Virus record (IMG/VR): IMGVR_UViG_3300025501_000001
Direction: 5' to 3' (one strand)
From: an uncultured virus (IMG/VR IMGVR_UViG_3300025501_000001)
Taxonomy: Duplodnaviria > Heunggongvirae > Uroviricota > Caudoviricetes
DNA length: 64,000 nt
In this document: positions 28,550 to 38,692 of the stretch, in pieces
Layout: each line of letters opens with the position of its first letter
Numbering within the stretch: position 1 is the stretch's first letter
Position numbers and translations under genes: made by a program
Notes under the pieces: generated by a model
Told to the model about the DNA's origin: nothing
Database searches by the model: none
The model's input: the letters and a program-made list of their open reading frames with translations, nothing else

Positions 28550-31347
28550 AAGCTAAAAGGAATGTTCAAAGTTCAAGGTTCAAAGTTCAAAGTTCCCAAG
28601 AACTGTTCAAGGTTCAAGGTTCGGGGTTCAGGGTTGGGAAAAAGACGAGGGTTTCAACATTGAACGTTGAACATAGAACCTTGAACAGCCCCGAAGGGGC
28701 AACATTGAACGTTGAACATCGAACATTGAACAGCCGTTTGCTCCGGAGCGCCAAAGGCGCGAGCTCCATGCTACTTTTATTCTCTCTGCTCTTTTTGTTC
28801 CCCGCCGCTGTTGTCGCCGATCCGGACTGGATAGGGGCCGATTGGGAGGTCCTTGACGGGAATTGGGCCGGCTCAGCGGGACAGGTGCTTACTTCGAACG
28901 GCCCTGCCGCACCCCCCACGTGGGAGTCCCAGGTGACGCCCGCCCAGGGCGGGATTGGCGTAGATTCCTCCGCGCTCTCCGGCTATCCTTCCCTCTCCGC
29001 CGGCACCTGGTCATTCCTCAACGCCGCCCAGCTCAAGGCCGCCCTCGGGTATTTCACCTCGGCCGATTTTCCTGTCTCTGCCTCTGTCGGCGGCTGGTCA
29101 AACGGGCAGCCGGTGAACAATTCGGCAAATGTCGCCATCACTGGAGGGACGATAAGCGGGACAACGGTTAGCGGTCTTACTTTGACATCCAACGCCGATG
29201 GCTTTTCCCTTGCCGGTGGCACGACACCAAGGACGTTTACTTTTCTTGGCGGGGCGCTTACCCTGACGGCACCATCAGGCGGTGCAACACTTGATTTAGC
29301 GACGGGCGCAGGCACAGGAAAAGTTCAGACGTCCGATAGCAACGGAAACTCGTCTTGGCAAGCTCCCCCTTCCGGCACGGTCCCCGATTCAGGGACCACG
29401 GCGGGCCGCCCCCTTCAGTCTACCGGCTCCCATACTTGGGGCGTCGGCGGCTACAGTCTTTTGCAGGTCCAGCCTTCCGATGATAGCAACGGTGGTATCG
29501 TCCTCCAGTCCCTCAGCGGCAACACAGCGCAGATATACCGCAAGGCGACAAGTTCCGGAGCATTGACCTTCAGAAATAACGCGACAGAAACCCTTTACAT
29601 CCTCAACGGGCAGGTGGGCGTAGGCATAATCCCGAGTGCTTCTGCTGGCCAATTACTTATTCAGCAAGGCTCAAATGACGGCGGGGGCGGTCTGACCTTC
29701 TATTCGACTGACAGCTTTACGAGCCAAATATACCGTGAAGGCACATCGACGGGTGGCCTCGCTTTTCGGAACAACGCCACTGTGACGGCTTGGATCGGGG
29801 GCGGCTATTTCTTCGTCGGCACGGAAGCCATGGGCTATGACGTGCAGCCTCTCATGGATCGCAAAACCCTTACCTCCCGGTACAACTATGTCGGCCAGCA
29901 AATCTATCAGGAAACCTTTTCCTCTACGGGTGGCTGGACGGCTGCCACGACGACCCTTGCGGCAGACGCGACCAATTATAAGGTCGGCACACAGGCATTA
30001 GAGGCAACGCCTGACGGGACGGCGACTAACAACCATTTTTACAAGACCATCTCGGCAACAAATCTTAGCGGCTGCCAGGGAATGCTCCGCTTTTACATCT
30101 GGCCGGGCACTACAGGGCAGACTACAGATTTTTTGAGGATCACGGGAATTAAAGTCATTCTGACGGACGGCGGAGCAAAGACCGCGACGTACATTCTCTG
30201 GGACTCGACTCACACGCCGGGTGTTTCCTGGTACGAAGCGCCTATTGTTTTCGATGATCCAGACTCTCAGGATTCGGGGTTTACACTTACAACCGTCTCA
30301 AAGATAGACTACTATCTCACCGTCAACGCGATAGGCGACATACCATCGGTCACGTTCGATGAATTACTTGCCTTCAAAAGCCGCAACTCTACCGGGTACG
30401 TCCTTGCCTATACGGACGGCACGTATTCTCAACAATATGCATTCGCGGCCTATCTGCGCTCCCTGCCGCTTACGGCATCCGGCGCTCACGGCAAGGCGTC
30501 CGTAACGTTCAACACCTGCCCGCTGGAAGTGGGTGTGGCGAGCCATCTGACGCTCGCGCAGTTTCAAGACCTCATTGCATCGGGTCACAGCCTTGGCCTC
30601 TACACGGCGCAGCCAAGCTCGACAAACTGGATAAGCCTCACGGCCTCGCAAAAACTTGCGGCCATAGCTTATGCACAGAACTATTTTGCCGCAAATAACC
30701 TGCCGAGAGCGCGGGTGATGAGCCTTGTGGGTGACTACGGGTGGACCTCCTATGACCATTATACCTTCCTCGGCCAGTATGCCGATATAGTTGTGGGCCA
30801 TCAGAACTTCGGCGGGTCTACTCACATAACGTCTCTCTGGGACCAGCGGTATGCCCCTTTCGCTTCATGGGTCTATTCCGCTGCCGGTCTCCAAACCTTA
30901 ACGGCGACGGTCAACACATCAACGAATGTCGTCACCCTCGGCTCTACCGTTACATGGACAATCGGCTATCCGAAGCCCGTCAAATTCAGCGGGGATGTGA
31001 TGCCTACGGGGATTACGGCAGGCGCGATATACTGGGCCGAAATGCTCACCAACCAGACCTGTAATATCTACCCTACGGCGCATGACGCGGTAGCCGGCAC
31101 GAACATGATGACGTTTGCCAGCGCGGGCACAAATGTTTCGGTTACTTCGACACCCGACCCGGCATGGGGGCAGAGGGTCTATGCATTGATTAAGAGCAGG
31201 GGCTTGTGGTCCTGGGGCGGGCATGTCAACTCAACTAACTCATTAGCAAACGGCATGTTCGACGCCGATGCTTTCGCCTCGATGGTCAACAGTGGGGACG
31301 CGCAGTTTGTGACCCCGGATGAACTGATAGCAGGGACGGCAGGATAA
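28546..31347 (+). CDS. Large fibre/spike-like protein with possible deacetylase-like domain; in-frame element at 28562-28790
   Basis: Gly/Thr/Ser-rich; YTDG...LTLAQFQDLIASGHSLG. Confidence 0.65.
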   Translation: MKAKRNVQSSRFKVQSSQELFKVQGSGFRVGKKTRVSTLNVEHRTLNSPEGATLNVEHRTLNSRLLRSAKGASSMLLLFSLLFLFPAAVVADPDWIGADWEVLDGNWAGSAGQVLTSNGPAAPPTWESQVTPAQGGIGVDSSALSGYPSLSAGTWSFLNAAQLKAALGYFTSADFPVSASVGGWSNGQPVNNSANVAITGGTISGTTVSGLTLTSNADGFSLAGGTTPRTFTFLGGALTLTAPSGGATLDLATGAGTGKVQTSDSNGNSSWQAPPSGTVPDSGTTAGRPLQSTGSHTWGVGGYSLLQVQPSDDSNGGIVLQSLSGNTAQIYRKATSSGALTFRNNATETLYILNGQVGVGIIPSASAGQLLIQQGSNDGGGGLTFYSTDSFTSQIYREGTSTGGLAFRNNATVTAWIGGGYFFVGTEAMGYDVQPLMDRKTLTSRYNYVGQQIYQETFSSTGGWTAATTTLAADATNYKVGTQALEATPDGTATNNHFYKTISATNLSGCQGMLRFYIWPGTTGQTTDFLRITGIKVILTDGGAKTATYILWDSTHTPGVSWYEAPIVFDDPDSQDSGFTLTTVSKIDYYLTVNAIGDIPSVTFDELLAFKSRNSTGYVLAYTDGTYSQQYAFAAYLRSLPLTASGAHGKASVTFNTCPLEVGVASHLTLAQFQDLIASGHSLGLYTAQPSSTNWISLTASQKLAAIAYAQNYFAANNLPRARVMSLVGDYGWTSYDHYTFLGQYADIVVGHQNFGGSTHITSLWDQRYAPFASWVYSAAGLQTLTATVNTSTNVVTLGSTVTWTIGYPKPVKFSGDVMPTGITAGAIYWAEMLTNQTCNIYPTAHDAVAGTNMMTFASAGTNVSVTSTPDPAWGQRVYALIKSRGLWSWGGHVNSTNSLANGMFDADAFASMVNSGDAQFVTPDELIAGTAG

Positions 31348-31388
31348 GGCCCCCATGACCACCCTTGAAGCGGCACGCGGAGGATGAG

Positions 31389-31667
31389 ATGGCAACGGTG
31401 ATCGTAGAAATAGCGGTTGGTTTTCTCGTAGCAATCTTTGGCGGGGCAATAGGATCTCTGATCACCATTAACATCCTCAAGGTTAAGGTCGAGGCCCTGG
31501 AGGAGTGGAAAGAGAAAATGGAAGCTAAGGTCGTGTTTAAGGACACTTGCACAGAATGTAAGGGTAATTGGGTCGGCCAGGTAGGGGAACTGAGAAAGGA
31601 TATGAAAGACGGCCTGGAGAAGCTCGACGGCAAGATAGACAAGGTACTGCAGAGGTTAACGAAATGA
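31389..31667 (+). CDS. Membrane protein, holin/antiholin-like
   Basis: N-terminal TM and coiled coil, before endolysin. Confidence 0.55.
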   Translation: MATVIVEIAVGFLVAIFGGAIGSLITINILKVKVEALEEWKEKMEAKVVFKDTCTECKGNWVGQVGELRKDMKDGLEKLDGKIDKVLQRLTK

Positions 31668-31683
31668 AACCCTCCGACGCGAG

Positions 31684-31815
31684 AAGCAGCAGAGACAGCA
31701 GAGACAGCATAGAGCATGGAGCCCGCGCCAAAGGCGCAGCAAAGAGCAAAGAAAGCATAGGGCATAGAGTTTTTAAAGCTCCACGCTCTCTGCTCCATGC
31801 TCTCTGCTCCATGCT
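31684..31815 (+). repeat. AGCA/TGCT heptamer element
   Basis: agcatagagcatgg...ctctgctccatgct. Confidence 0.9.
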
Positions 31816-31830
31816 AACGCCGGAGGCGTT

Positions 31831-32337
31831 ATGAGACCGGAAGATATGAAATACTTCCATGCGCTTTCTGCGGACCGAATCGGCGGGGAGACGGTCTTCC
31901 TCGAGGCCGGCGGGGAGAGCACGGAAGGCAAAGTCGCCGTGGCCTGGGTAGTCAAGAACCGCGTCGACCATCCGAGCTTTCAGGGCAACGACGTGGCTAC
32001 GGTCTGCTTTCACCAGGCGGCCTTCAGCTGCTACCTCTCGGTCGACAACCCCGAGTATCTCAAGGCCCGGGCCATCGCCCAGAACTTCGACGCCTTTGCC
32101 GACCCGAAGACGCACGTCCTCACGCCGTTCAAGTGGGGCCCCGCAGACGCCGGCGCACTCTTTCAGTGTCTCGCGGTTTTCCGGGATGTCTGGGCCGGCA
32201 GGATCCCGAGCCCCTTCTCGACCGGCGACGTTTTCATGTACTACGCCCAGGGCAGCCCGAAGCCTTCCTGGGCGGACAAGTTGCAGCCGGCATCGCCGGC
32301 GCAGATCGGCAAGCATTTGTTCTATCGCGGGCGATAG
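31831..32337 (+). CDS. SleB/Hydrolase_2 endolysin
   Basis: EAGGESTEGKVAVAWVVKNRV, AFSC, PSWA, IGKHLFY. Confidence 0.9.
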   Translation: MRPEDMKYFHALSADRIGGETVFLEAGGESTEGKVAVAWVVKNRVDHPSFQGNDVATVCFHQAAFSCYLSVDNPEYLKARAIAQNFDAFADPKTHVLTPFKWGPADAGALFQCLAVFRDVWAGRIPSPFSTGDVFMYYAQGSPKPSWADKLQPASPAQIGKHLFYRGR

Positions 32338-32340
32338 AAC

Positions 32341-32515
32341 AGCAAAGGCAGCATGGAGCATAGAGATGTTCAAGGTTCAGGGTTCAAGGTTTAAAAACAG
32401 ACGGGGTTTTAACATTGAACACCGAACCTTGAACGGCCTTTTGCTCTCTGCTCTATGCTCTATGCTCCAGAGCGAGCACAGCGAGCGTGCTCCATGCTGC
32501 TTCGAGCGTAGCGAG
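32341..32515 (+). repeat. Fully nested heptamer element
   Basis: AGCA, GTTC, loop, GAAC, TGCT. Confidence 0.9.
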
Positions 32516-32520
32516 GAGAA

Positions 32521-33015
32521 GTGATGGACCTTACAACCTTCAACCGCATTAAATCCACCCTTCGGGCTGGCGATTGCCTTCTCTACAGCGGCAAAGACCT
32601 CTTGTCCGAAGCAATAGAAAAGCTCTCGCACAGCGAGTATTGTCATGCCGGGATGGTGATGGTCTTTTCGGAATACCCTGACATTGTTCTCACCGTGGAG
32701 GCCGAAGCAACGGGCGTTGTGATGTATGACCTCGCCGGGAAGCTGGCCAGGGAGACGAAGAAGTGTACGGTCTTTCCGCTGAAGCCCGAATACGAAGCCA
32801 AGCGACACGAGATAGGGCTTTGTGCCCTGAAATTCCTCGGCATGAGTTACGACTACACGGACCTTTTCAAGCTGGCCGTGGAGCGGGTAAAAATTAATCC
32901 CAAGAATACCGTATGCTCGGAAATGCTTCAAAGATGTTACGGAATCCAGGGGGATATTCTGACACCGGGCGACCTTTCAAAATTGGCGATCTTCGGGCCG
33001 CCCATCAAACTATAG
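32521..33015 (+). CDS. Permuted papain-like (YiiX/YebB) protein
   Basis: GDCLL, YCHAG, YDY, VCSE, TPGDL. Confidence 0.8.
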   Translation: MMDLTTFNRIKSTLRAGDCLLYSGKDLLSEAIEKLSHSEYCHAGMVMVFSEYPDIVLTVEAEATGVVMYDLAGKLARETKKCTVFPLKPEYEAKRHEIGLCALKFLGMSYDYTDLFKLAVERVKINPKNTVCSEMLQRCYGIQGDILTPGDLSKLAIFGPPIKL

Positions 33016-33023
33016 GAGGATTT

Positions 33024-33407
33024 ATGAGACTATTTAGATTTTGTGCAGTGTTCGTGCTCATCGTTTTTAGCATGGCTTTTCTCTCGGCGTGCGCGACGAC
33101 CCAGCAGACGGAGAGCGTAGCCGTCACTTCCTACCAGGCGACGGGCTCCGTGCTCTCCCAGGTCCATGCAAGCGCCGTGGCACTGAAGGCGGCAGGGAAG
33201 CTCAGCGCGGCGCAGGAGGCGCAGTTCAACACGATCTACGCCCAGGCGGTGACGGCCTACAAGGCCCTCGGCGACGCGCTCATACTCGCCATCGAGACGA
33301 CCGACGCGGCGAAGCAGGGCCAGATTCAGGCCAACATCGGGACACTGACTATGCAACTCGCGGCGCTCGTGACCCAGGTAGCAACGTTTATTCAAGGGGT
33401 GAAGTGA
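33024..33407 (+). CDS. Lipoprotein, possibly spanin-like
   Basis: Lipobox LSAC; AGGAGG SD. Confidence 0.65.
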   Translation: MRLFRFCAVFVLIVFSMAFLSACATTQQTESVAVTSYQATGSVLSQVHASAVALKAAGKLSAAQEAQFNTIYAQAVTAYKALGDALILAIETTDAAKQGQIQANIGTLTMQLAALVTQVATFIQGVK

Positions 33408-33608
33408 ATGGACGGAGCGGCGGTGATGAAGTACAGCGATGCGCTAAACGCCTTGGCGAGAATGGTGATCCTCTCTCCCGAATTGAAGGCGCTCGTCCAG
33501 GCTCTTAAGGAAGCGGAGGTAGGAGAGGACCAGCGCACGCAATTCATTACCATCAAGCTCGACATCATCAACAATACGGCATCGTCGAGCATGGACTATG
33601 CGTTTTAA
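33408..33608 (+). CDS. Hypothetical protein
   Basis: Starts immediately after previous stop. Confidence 0.45.
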   Translation: MDGAAVMKYSDALNALARMVILSPELKALVQALKEAEVGEDQRTQFITIKLDIINNTASSSMDYAF

Positions 33609-33641
33609 GCCCTTCGGGGCACTTTAAAGGAGGACCGTATT

Positions 33642-33806
33642 ATGGATCCGGCAACCTTAGCAATCGCAGTGGGAGGGCTTGTGCAGTTGACACAGGCCAT
33701 AGTAACGGAGATCCAGAACAACAAGAACCTGACCGCCGAGACGCAGGCCCAGCTCATCGCGCAGATACAGCAAGCCCAGGCCGCCGTGCCGACGGACCCG
33801 GTGTAG
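33642..33806 (+). CDS. Small hypothetical protein
   Basis: AAGGAGG SD; MDPATLAIAV... Confidence 0.6.
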   Translation: MDPATLAIAVGGLVQLTQAIVTEIQNNKNLTAETQAQLIAQIQQAQAAVPTDPV

Positions 33807-33810
33807 TCCC

Positions 33811-34086
33811 ATGCCACCCGTAGCGGCCTTACCGGCCCTCTTTACAAACCAGTGGATGGGCTACGTGGCAGCCAACTATTCGTTGTTCATGGCGGCAATC
33901 CCCGGCGCCGTCCTTTTCATCCTCAAGATCATCGCGATCTATCACCCGAGCGTGAAGACGGACAAGGTCCGGGATCTCATCGAGATGTGGGCGCAGCCTA
34001 AGCAGCCGGCCATACCGGCCGCTCCCGCCGCTCCCGCCGACCAGGCGATGAAAGCGCTTACGGACGCAGTAAACCAAACCCAATAG
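33811..34086 (+). CDS. Membrane protein, holin-like
   Basis: Hydrophobic segment; lysis cluster. Confidence 0.5.
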   Translation: MPPVAALPALFTNQWMGYVAANYSLFMAAIPGAVLFILKIIAIYHPSVKTDKVRDLIEMWAQPKQPAIPAAPAAPADQAMKALTDAVNQTQ

Positions 34087-34099
34087 GAGGGCATATATC

Positions 34100-34249
34100 A
34101 TGGACGAATTAACTCAGGCAGTACAGGGCTTGATCGCAAGGTTCAACGCGCTCAAGGCCGAAAACCAGACGTTGAAAGACCAGCTTGCGGCAGCCCCTAC
34201 GGCGGATGCGCTCAAGGCAATCACCGATCAGGCGAACGCCGCGCAGTAA
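34100..34249 (+). CDS. Small coiled-coil protein
   Basis: AGGAGG SD; MDELTQAVQGL... Confidence 0.6.
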   Translation: MDELTQAVQGLIARFNALKAENQTLKDQLAAAPTADALKAITDQANAAQ

Positions 34250-34250
34250 T

Positions 34251-34460
34251 GATGTTCAAGGTTCAGGGTTCAAGGTTCAAGGCTTACGGATGTTCAAGGT
34301 TCAAGGTTCAAAGTTGGGGAAAGAGAGGAATTTAACATTGAACCTTGAACCTCGAACCTTGAACGCCCCAAGGGGGCAACATTGAACATTGAACATAGAA
34401 CCTTGAACATCTCCATGCTCCAGAGCGCCGGAGGCGCGGGCTCCATGCTTCCTTGCTCGC
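34251..34460 (+). repeat. Heptamer element
   Basis: GTTC, GAAC, TGCT arms and GC hairpins. Confidence 0.9.
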
Positions 34461-34473
34461 TGCCGGGGCAGCG

Positions 34474-34938
34474 ATGACCAGCATCAACCCGGCGCTTGAC
34501 GCCGTAGTTACGGCCCTCGGGTCGGACGCCCCCCTTTCCGCCTTTTGCCAGGCCGCGTGGGGGAAGGCCCTCACTGTCCTGCGCACCTTCCGCCGCAGGG
34601 TGGAGATATCGACGGCCGATCTGCCGATCTGCCTGCTCACCTGCCCGAAGAAGGTGCCGGGGCGCTACATGGATTTTCAAATCGAGGAAGCGTACACGGC
34701 CATGCTCTACGCGGGCTTCCAGCAGAAGGACCCGTACGCCGCGCAGTCGCAGTTGATGGCCTTCGAGGAGCTGATCGAGAACGCCCTCCTTTCTTTCCGC
34801 ATCTCGGGGGTATTCCCGGACGGCGTCCAGGACATAAGACCGGCAGATGCGATCAACGACGAGGGCACGCAGGCCCCCGTCTATTTTCTCGTTAAGAGCG
34901 TCGAGATAGACGCCCTGCGGGACATTCCGGGAGGATAG
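34474..34938 (+). CDS. Putative tail terminator
   Basis: Synteny before tail tube; size. Confidence 0.55.
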   Translation: MTSINPALDAVVTALGSDAPLSAFCQAAWGKALTVLRTFRRRVEISTADLPICLLTCPKKVPGRYMDFQIEEAYTAMLYAGFQQKDPYAAQSQLMAFEELIENALLSFRISGVFPDGVQDIRPADAINDEGTQAPVYFLVKSVEIDALRDIPGG

Positions 34939-34941
34939 CAG

Positions 34942-35271
34942 ATGGAGACGCGCTACAGGCTCAAAGCCAACGAGGAGAACTTCCGGGTCGTCGACGGACC
35001 TTTCGCCAACAGGCAGTACCATCTCGACCGGACATACGCGCCGGCCGATATCCCGCCCGAAGAGGCCCGCCGCTTCGAGCAGGTGCCCGATCCCCCTGAC
35101 GGAAGCATGGAGCATGGAGCAGAGAGCAAGGAGCAGGGGCAGCAAAAGCAGCAGGGAGCACGGAGCATGGAGCAGGGAGCGGGGGCAGCCCCGGAGCCTC
35201 CTCCGCCGCCTCCTACGCCCGAGACGAAAGCGACGGGTCAGGAAGCGCCGGGTGCCGAGCAAGGAGCATAG
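34942..35271 (+). CDS. Hypothetical protein with in-frame AGCA array (35104-35181)
   Basis: GGAGG SD; SMEHGAESKEQG insert; stop lies inside the next element. Confidence 0.6.
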   Translation: METRYRLKANEENFRVVDGPFANRQYHLDRTYAPADIPPEEARRFEQVPDPPDGSMEHGAESKEQGQQKQQGARSMEQGAGAAPEPPPPPPTPETKATGQEAPGAEQGA

Positions 35272-35404
35272 AGATGTTCAAGGTTCAAGTTTCAAAGTTG
35301 AGGAAAGAGAGGAATTTAACATTGAACGTTGAACATGGAACCTTGAATGGTTTTAACGCCCCCAAAGGGGGCAACTTTGAACCTTGAACATTGAACCTTG
35401 AACA
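35257..35404 (+). repeat. Heptamer element
   Basis: GTTC/GAAC arms. Confidence 0.9.
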
Positions 35405-35421
35405 AAAAAGAGAGGTGACCC

Positions 35422-36705
35422 ATGAGCTATGACACCCAGCGCATCTACAAGCCCGATTTTAACCTCCTCGCCGTCTCCCTGCTTTTGCAGGAGACGGCCC
35501 TTAACACGGAGCAGGCCCTTTCCCACACCATGATGGTCGACCAGGGCGACCTGATGGTCCTGACGCCCAAGCGCGAGACAGACGCGGGCGAGTTGACGGG
35601 GATGGAAGAGCCCGACATCGTCTACAACCTCGGCGCAGAGTCTTCCATGAACCTCACCTTCAACAAGGCGAAGGCCCAGGACTTTCTCCTCTCCTACGCC
35701 TACGGCCTTGGGATAGACACGCCCGCCGCCTGGGGCGGAGGCTACCAGCACGCCATCATGCCTACCGCCCAGATGAACCTGCCCTCCATGACCGTCGCCC
35801 AGCGCATGGGCAAGACGATCTGGAAGTGGCGCATGGCCTCCATGTTCGTCGACTCGATCACCTCCACCTTCACCAAGGACTCCTGGGCCAAGTGCGTCAC
35901 CGCCCTCAAGGGCACCGGGAAATATACCGCGAACATGACGGAGGAGACAATCACGGCCGCTTACGACGCGGCGACCCTGACCCTCGCGGCCAACGGGGTC
36001 CAGGGCGCCGACGCGCCCACCAGGCTCCAGAACGTCCACCGCATAAGGGTGGTAAACCCGTCAGCGCCGAACGAGTGGGACGAAGTCTCCTTCTCGGTAG
36101 TCTCCGGCGCGGTCCCGGCCGTCATCACCATCACCCCCCCCGGCGTTCCCGCGACAAGCACCACCTACCAGGTCCTTTACACGCCCGTCGAGCCTGCCTG
36201 GTGCTCATTCCCCGTCTACGTCGTCGAACCGCCGCTCCGCGTCACCGACCTCGTCGTGACGCTCGGCGGCATGTGGAGCGGCAGTGCCTTCGTCGGCGGC
36301 CGTACGATCGACAGCGAGATCACCACCATCGAGCACAGTTTCAAGAACCAGGTGGACGTGGAGTACCGCCCCGGGGGCACCGGCACTTACGCCAACTTCG
36401 CCCAGCGCCAGGGCAGGCAGCAGAGCCTCAAGCTCGACCGGCAGGCCCGCGAGTACATCCTGCAGCAGGCCATCGCGGACAACGAGTACTTCGGCGTCCA
36501 CATCAAGGCTACCGGTTCGACCTTCGAGGCCGGCAAGAGCTACTACGTCGAGCTGATCTTCCCCCGCTGCAACATCCTGAAGGCGCCTGTCAAGATAGAC
36601 AACAAGTTCCTGGGCGAGGAAGGCGACATCCAGGTGCTCCAGGACTCGACGTATGGCAGCATTATGGTCAATATAGGGAACAAGATAGCCACGGCGGCAG
36701 GATAA
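35422..36705 (+). CDS. Major tail tube protein (probable)
   Basis: Synteny; GAGGTG SD. Confidence 0.7.
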   Translation: MSYDTQRIYKPDFNLLAVSLLLQETALNTEQALSHTMMVDQGDLMVLTPKRETDAGELTGMEEPDIVYNLGAESSMNLTFNKAKAQDFLLSYAYGLGIDTPAAWGGGYQHAIMPTAQMNLPSMTVAQRMGKTIWKWRMASMFVDSITSTFTKDSWAKCVTALKGTGKYTANMTEETITAAYDAATLTLAANGVQGADAPTRLQNVHRIRVVNPSAPNEWDEVSFSVVSGAVPAVITITPPGVPATSTTYQVLYTPVEPAWCSFPVYVVEPPLRVTDLVVTLGGMWSGSAFVGGRTIDSEITTIEHSFKNQVDVEYRPGGTGTYANFAQRQGRQQSLKLDRQAREYILQQAIADNEYFGVHIKATGSTFEAGKSYYVELIFPRCNILKAPVKIDNKFLGEEGDIQVLQDSTYGSIMVNIGNKIATAAG

Positions 36706-36710
36706 GCGGG

Positions 36711-36919
36711 GAGCAGGGAGCATAGAGGATGTTCAAGGTTCAACAAAGGGCTGTTCAAGGTTCAAGGTTCAGGGTTCAGGGCTTGGGAGGTTTTCAACAT
36801 TGAACTTTGAACTTTGAACATTGAACGCCCCCAAAGGGGGCAACATTGAACATTGAACATAGAACCTTGAACGCCCCCAAAGGGGGCAACATTGAACCTT
36901 GAACATTGAACGTTGAACA
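36711..36919 (+). repeat. Heptamer element with three right arms
   Basis: GAAC arms separated by GCCCCCAAAGGGGGC. Confidence 0.9.
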
Positions 36920-36934
36920 ACAAAAGGAGCGAAT

Positions 36935-37336
36935 ATGCTTGTATTCCGCGACATTAATGTGGAGACGCCGCCGGACGGCGAGTGGTACGAGCGCCAGATA
37001 TGGGGCGCGAAGGTGCGCTTCAGGATCAGGGCCCGCACGCAGGCCCTCGTCGAGAAGATCCGCAACGCGCACAAGAAGAAGATCAATGGCCGTGATGTCT
37101 ACGACGAAGAGAAGATCTCCGACGACGTGCTGGACACCATCCTCCAGGACTTCGAAGGCTTCGGCGAGGAGCTGCCCGACAAATCCGTCCAGCCCTTCGA
37201 TGTCAATCTCGAGACCAAGAAGAAGATCCTCTTCATGGAGGTCCCCTTCGGCGAGCAGTCGAACTTCGTCTGGGTCTTCGACCGCGCCAACCAGGCAGCC
37301 TTCATCGTCCAGGAGGAAGAAACAAAAAACTCCTAG
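36935..37336 (+). CDS. Tail assembly chaperone (gpG-like)
   Basis: Follows tail tube; ends A AAA AAC TCC TAG. Confidence 0.75.
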   Translation: MLVFRDINVETPPDGEWYERQIWGAKVRFRIRARTQALVEKIRNAHKKKINGRDVYDEEKISDDVLDTILQDFEGFGEELPDKSVQPFDVNLETKKKILFMEVPFGEQSNFVWVFDRANQAAFIVQEEETKNS

Positions 37337-37743
37337 CCCTCGCCGCAGGTTTTTGCGGTGAGGGAGAGCCGGTCGAAGTCCTCCCGGGCAACGCGGAAGT
37401 CTGGTCCGTCATCGAGATCTGCGCCGGCCAGTGGAGGACCGCAGTCCAGGCCGTCGCCGGGCAGGGCTTTGTCGAGGTCCGCACGAGCTATCTCGGCTTC
37501 GATCTGCCCGCCGCGCTCGCCGCCGCCCGCTCCCTGGGCATCGTTGCCGGCCCTGCATTCCTCCGCAACCTCCGGACGTTCGAGGCCGAGGTCGTCTCCA
37601 TCCTCGCCGACGGCGGCACGAAGCGCTGCACGCCGGCAAAGCGCAAGGCCTGCGCCTTTCAATACGGCAGTTATTTGGACTGGACATGCGAGCACTGCGA
37701 AGAAAACCCGGCGCGAAGGCGGCCGGCTGAGCATAGAGCGTAG
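37330..37743 (+). CDS. -1 frameshift extension of the chaperone (gpGT-like)
   Basis: Open -1 frame lacking an early start: PGNAEVWSVI..QWR..GFDLPAA. Confidence 0.75.
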   Translation, partial: LLALAAGFCGEGEPVEVLPGNAEVWSVIEICAGQWRTAVQAVAGQGFVEVRTSYLGFDLPAALAAARSLGIVAGPAFLRNLRTFEAEVVSILADGGTKRCTPAKRKACAFQYGSYLDWTCEHCEENPARRRPAEHRA

Positions 37744-37930
37744 AGCATGGAGCAAGGGCAGGATATCCGCTATTTTACGTTGTGGTAATATACCCTGAAG
37801 TAATATACCCTGAAGTAATATATCTGAAAGGATATACTTGACATACCTTACTGTTTTACCGGCAACGTAGGTGCCTATCATCGGAATTTCCTCCAGCCGC
37901 ACTTTCTTTCTAAAAACCAAAAAATAATTC

Positions 37931-37960
37931 TTGACAATGCGTAACTGTTAGGCATACACT
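37931..37960 (+). promoter_or_regulatory. Sigma70-like promoter
   Basis: TTGACA-N18-TACACT. Confidence 0.6.
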
Positions 37961-38011
37961 ATATACAGATACAAAATACAGGCCGCCTTGGCCTCAGACA
38001 AGGAGAAAATC

Positions 38012-38683
38012 ATGGGTTCACTCGACAGACTTCCAAAACACGAGAGCAATGACGGATATCTGCACAGGGTCTGCATCCCCTGCGTCTACAACAGCGGTCG
38101 AAGAGCGACGGTACGGGTGACAATAGGCCATCCCGAGGTAATCGACATCGGCATCGATACCGACCGGCAGCGCCCGTACCAGTCCGTTGTGGACGGGTAC
38201 CTGCACATCGACACGGAATCAATTGTCCGCGACTTAGAGACCGATCCTCACGCCCCCATAGTCGGTTACCGACACAAAGAGGCCCTGGAAATGGTGGAGA
38301 TGATAAAAGGCGTCAACACGCATTACTTCGCCGGCGACCTCCAGGTATTGAGCGATGACAAGATGATAGCCGATAGCCGCTGCCGGCGAGAAAGGGGCAT
38401 GCGGGATGTTCTCAGAGACGTCGGGGACGCATGGAACGACTATTCCAGGACGTTGGATTTCGCATGGTGTCTTTCGGAATACAAGAAGCCCGCATGGTGG
38501 CGCGGCCTCACCGGACGGGCAGGATATGCCCTGTCCAAACTGAGGAAACAGCATGAGAGGGTAGAGCGGCTTGTCCCCCTCTCGGATGCACACCTTGGAG
38601 GTACCTGGCAGCGCTTTTACATGGATAATTCATGGCTCGATCAGGCCGCGGCTATCAAGGGCGGCAGGATATACCTCGCGTAG
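38012..38683 (+). CDS. Hypothetical protein
   Basis: AAGGAG SD and ATG. Confidence 0.65.
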   Translation: MGSLDRLPKHESNDGYLHRVCIPCVYNSGRRATVRVTIGHPEVIDIGIDTDRQRPYQSVVDGYLHIDTESIVRDLETDPHAPIVGYRHKEALEMVEMIKGVNTHYFAGDLQVLSDDKMIADSRCRRERGMRDVLRDVGDAWNDYSRTLDFAWCLSEYKKPAWWRGLTGRAGYALSKLRKQHERVERLVPLSDAHLGGTWQRFYMDNSWLDQAAAIKGGRIYLA

Positions 38684-38692
38684 GGGTGCGCC

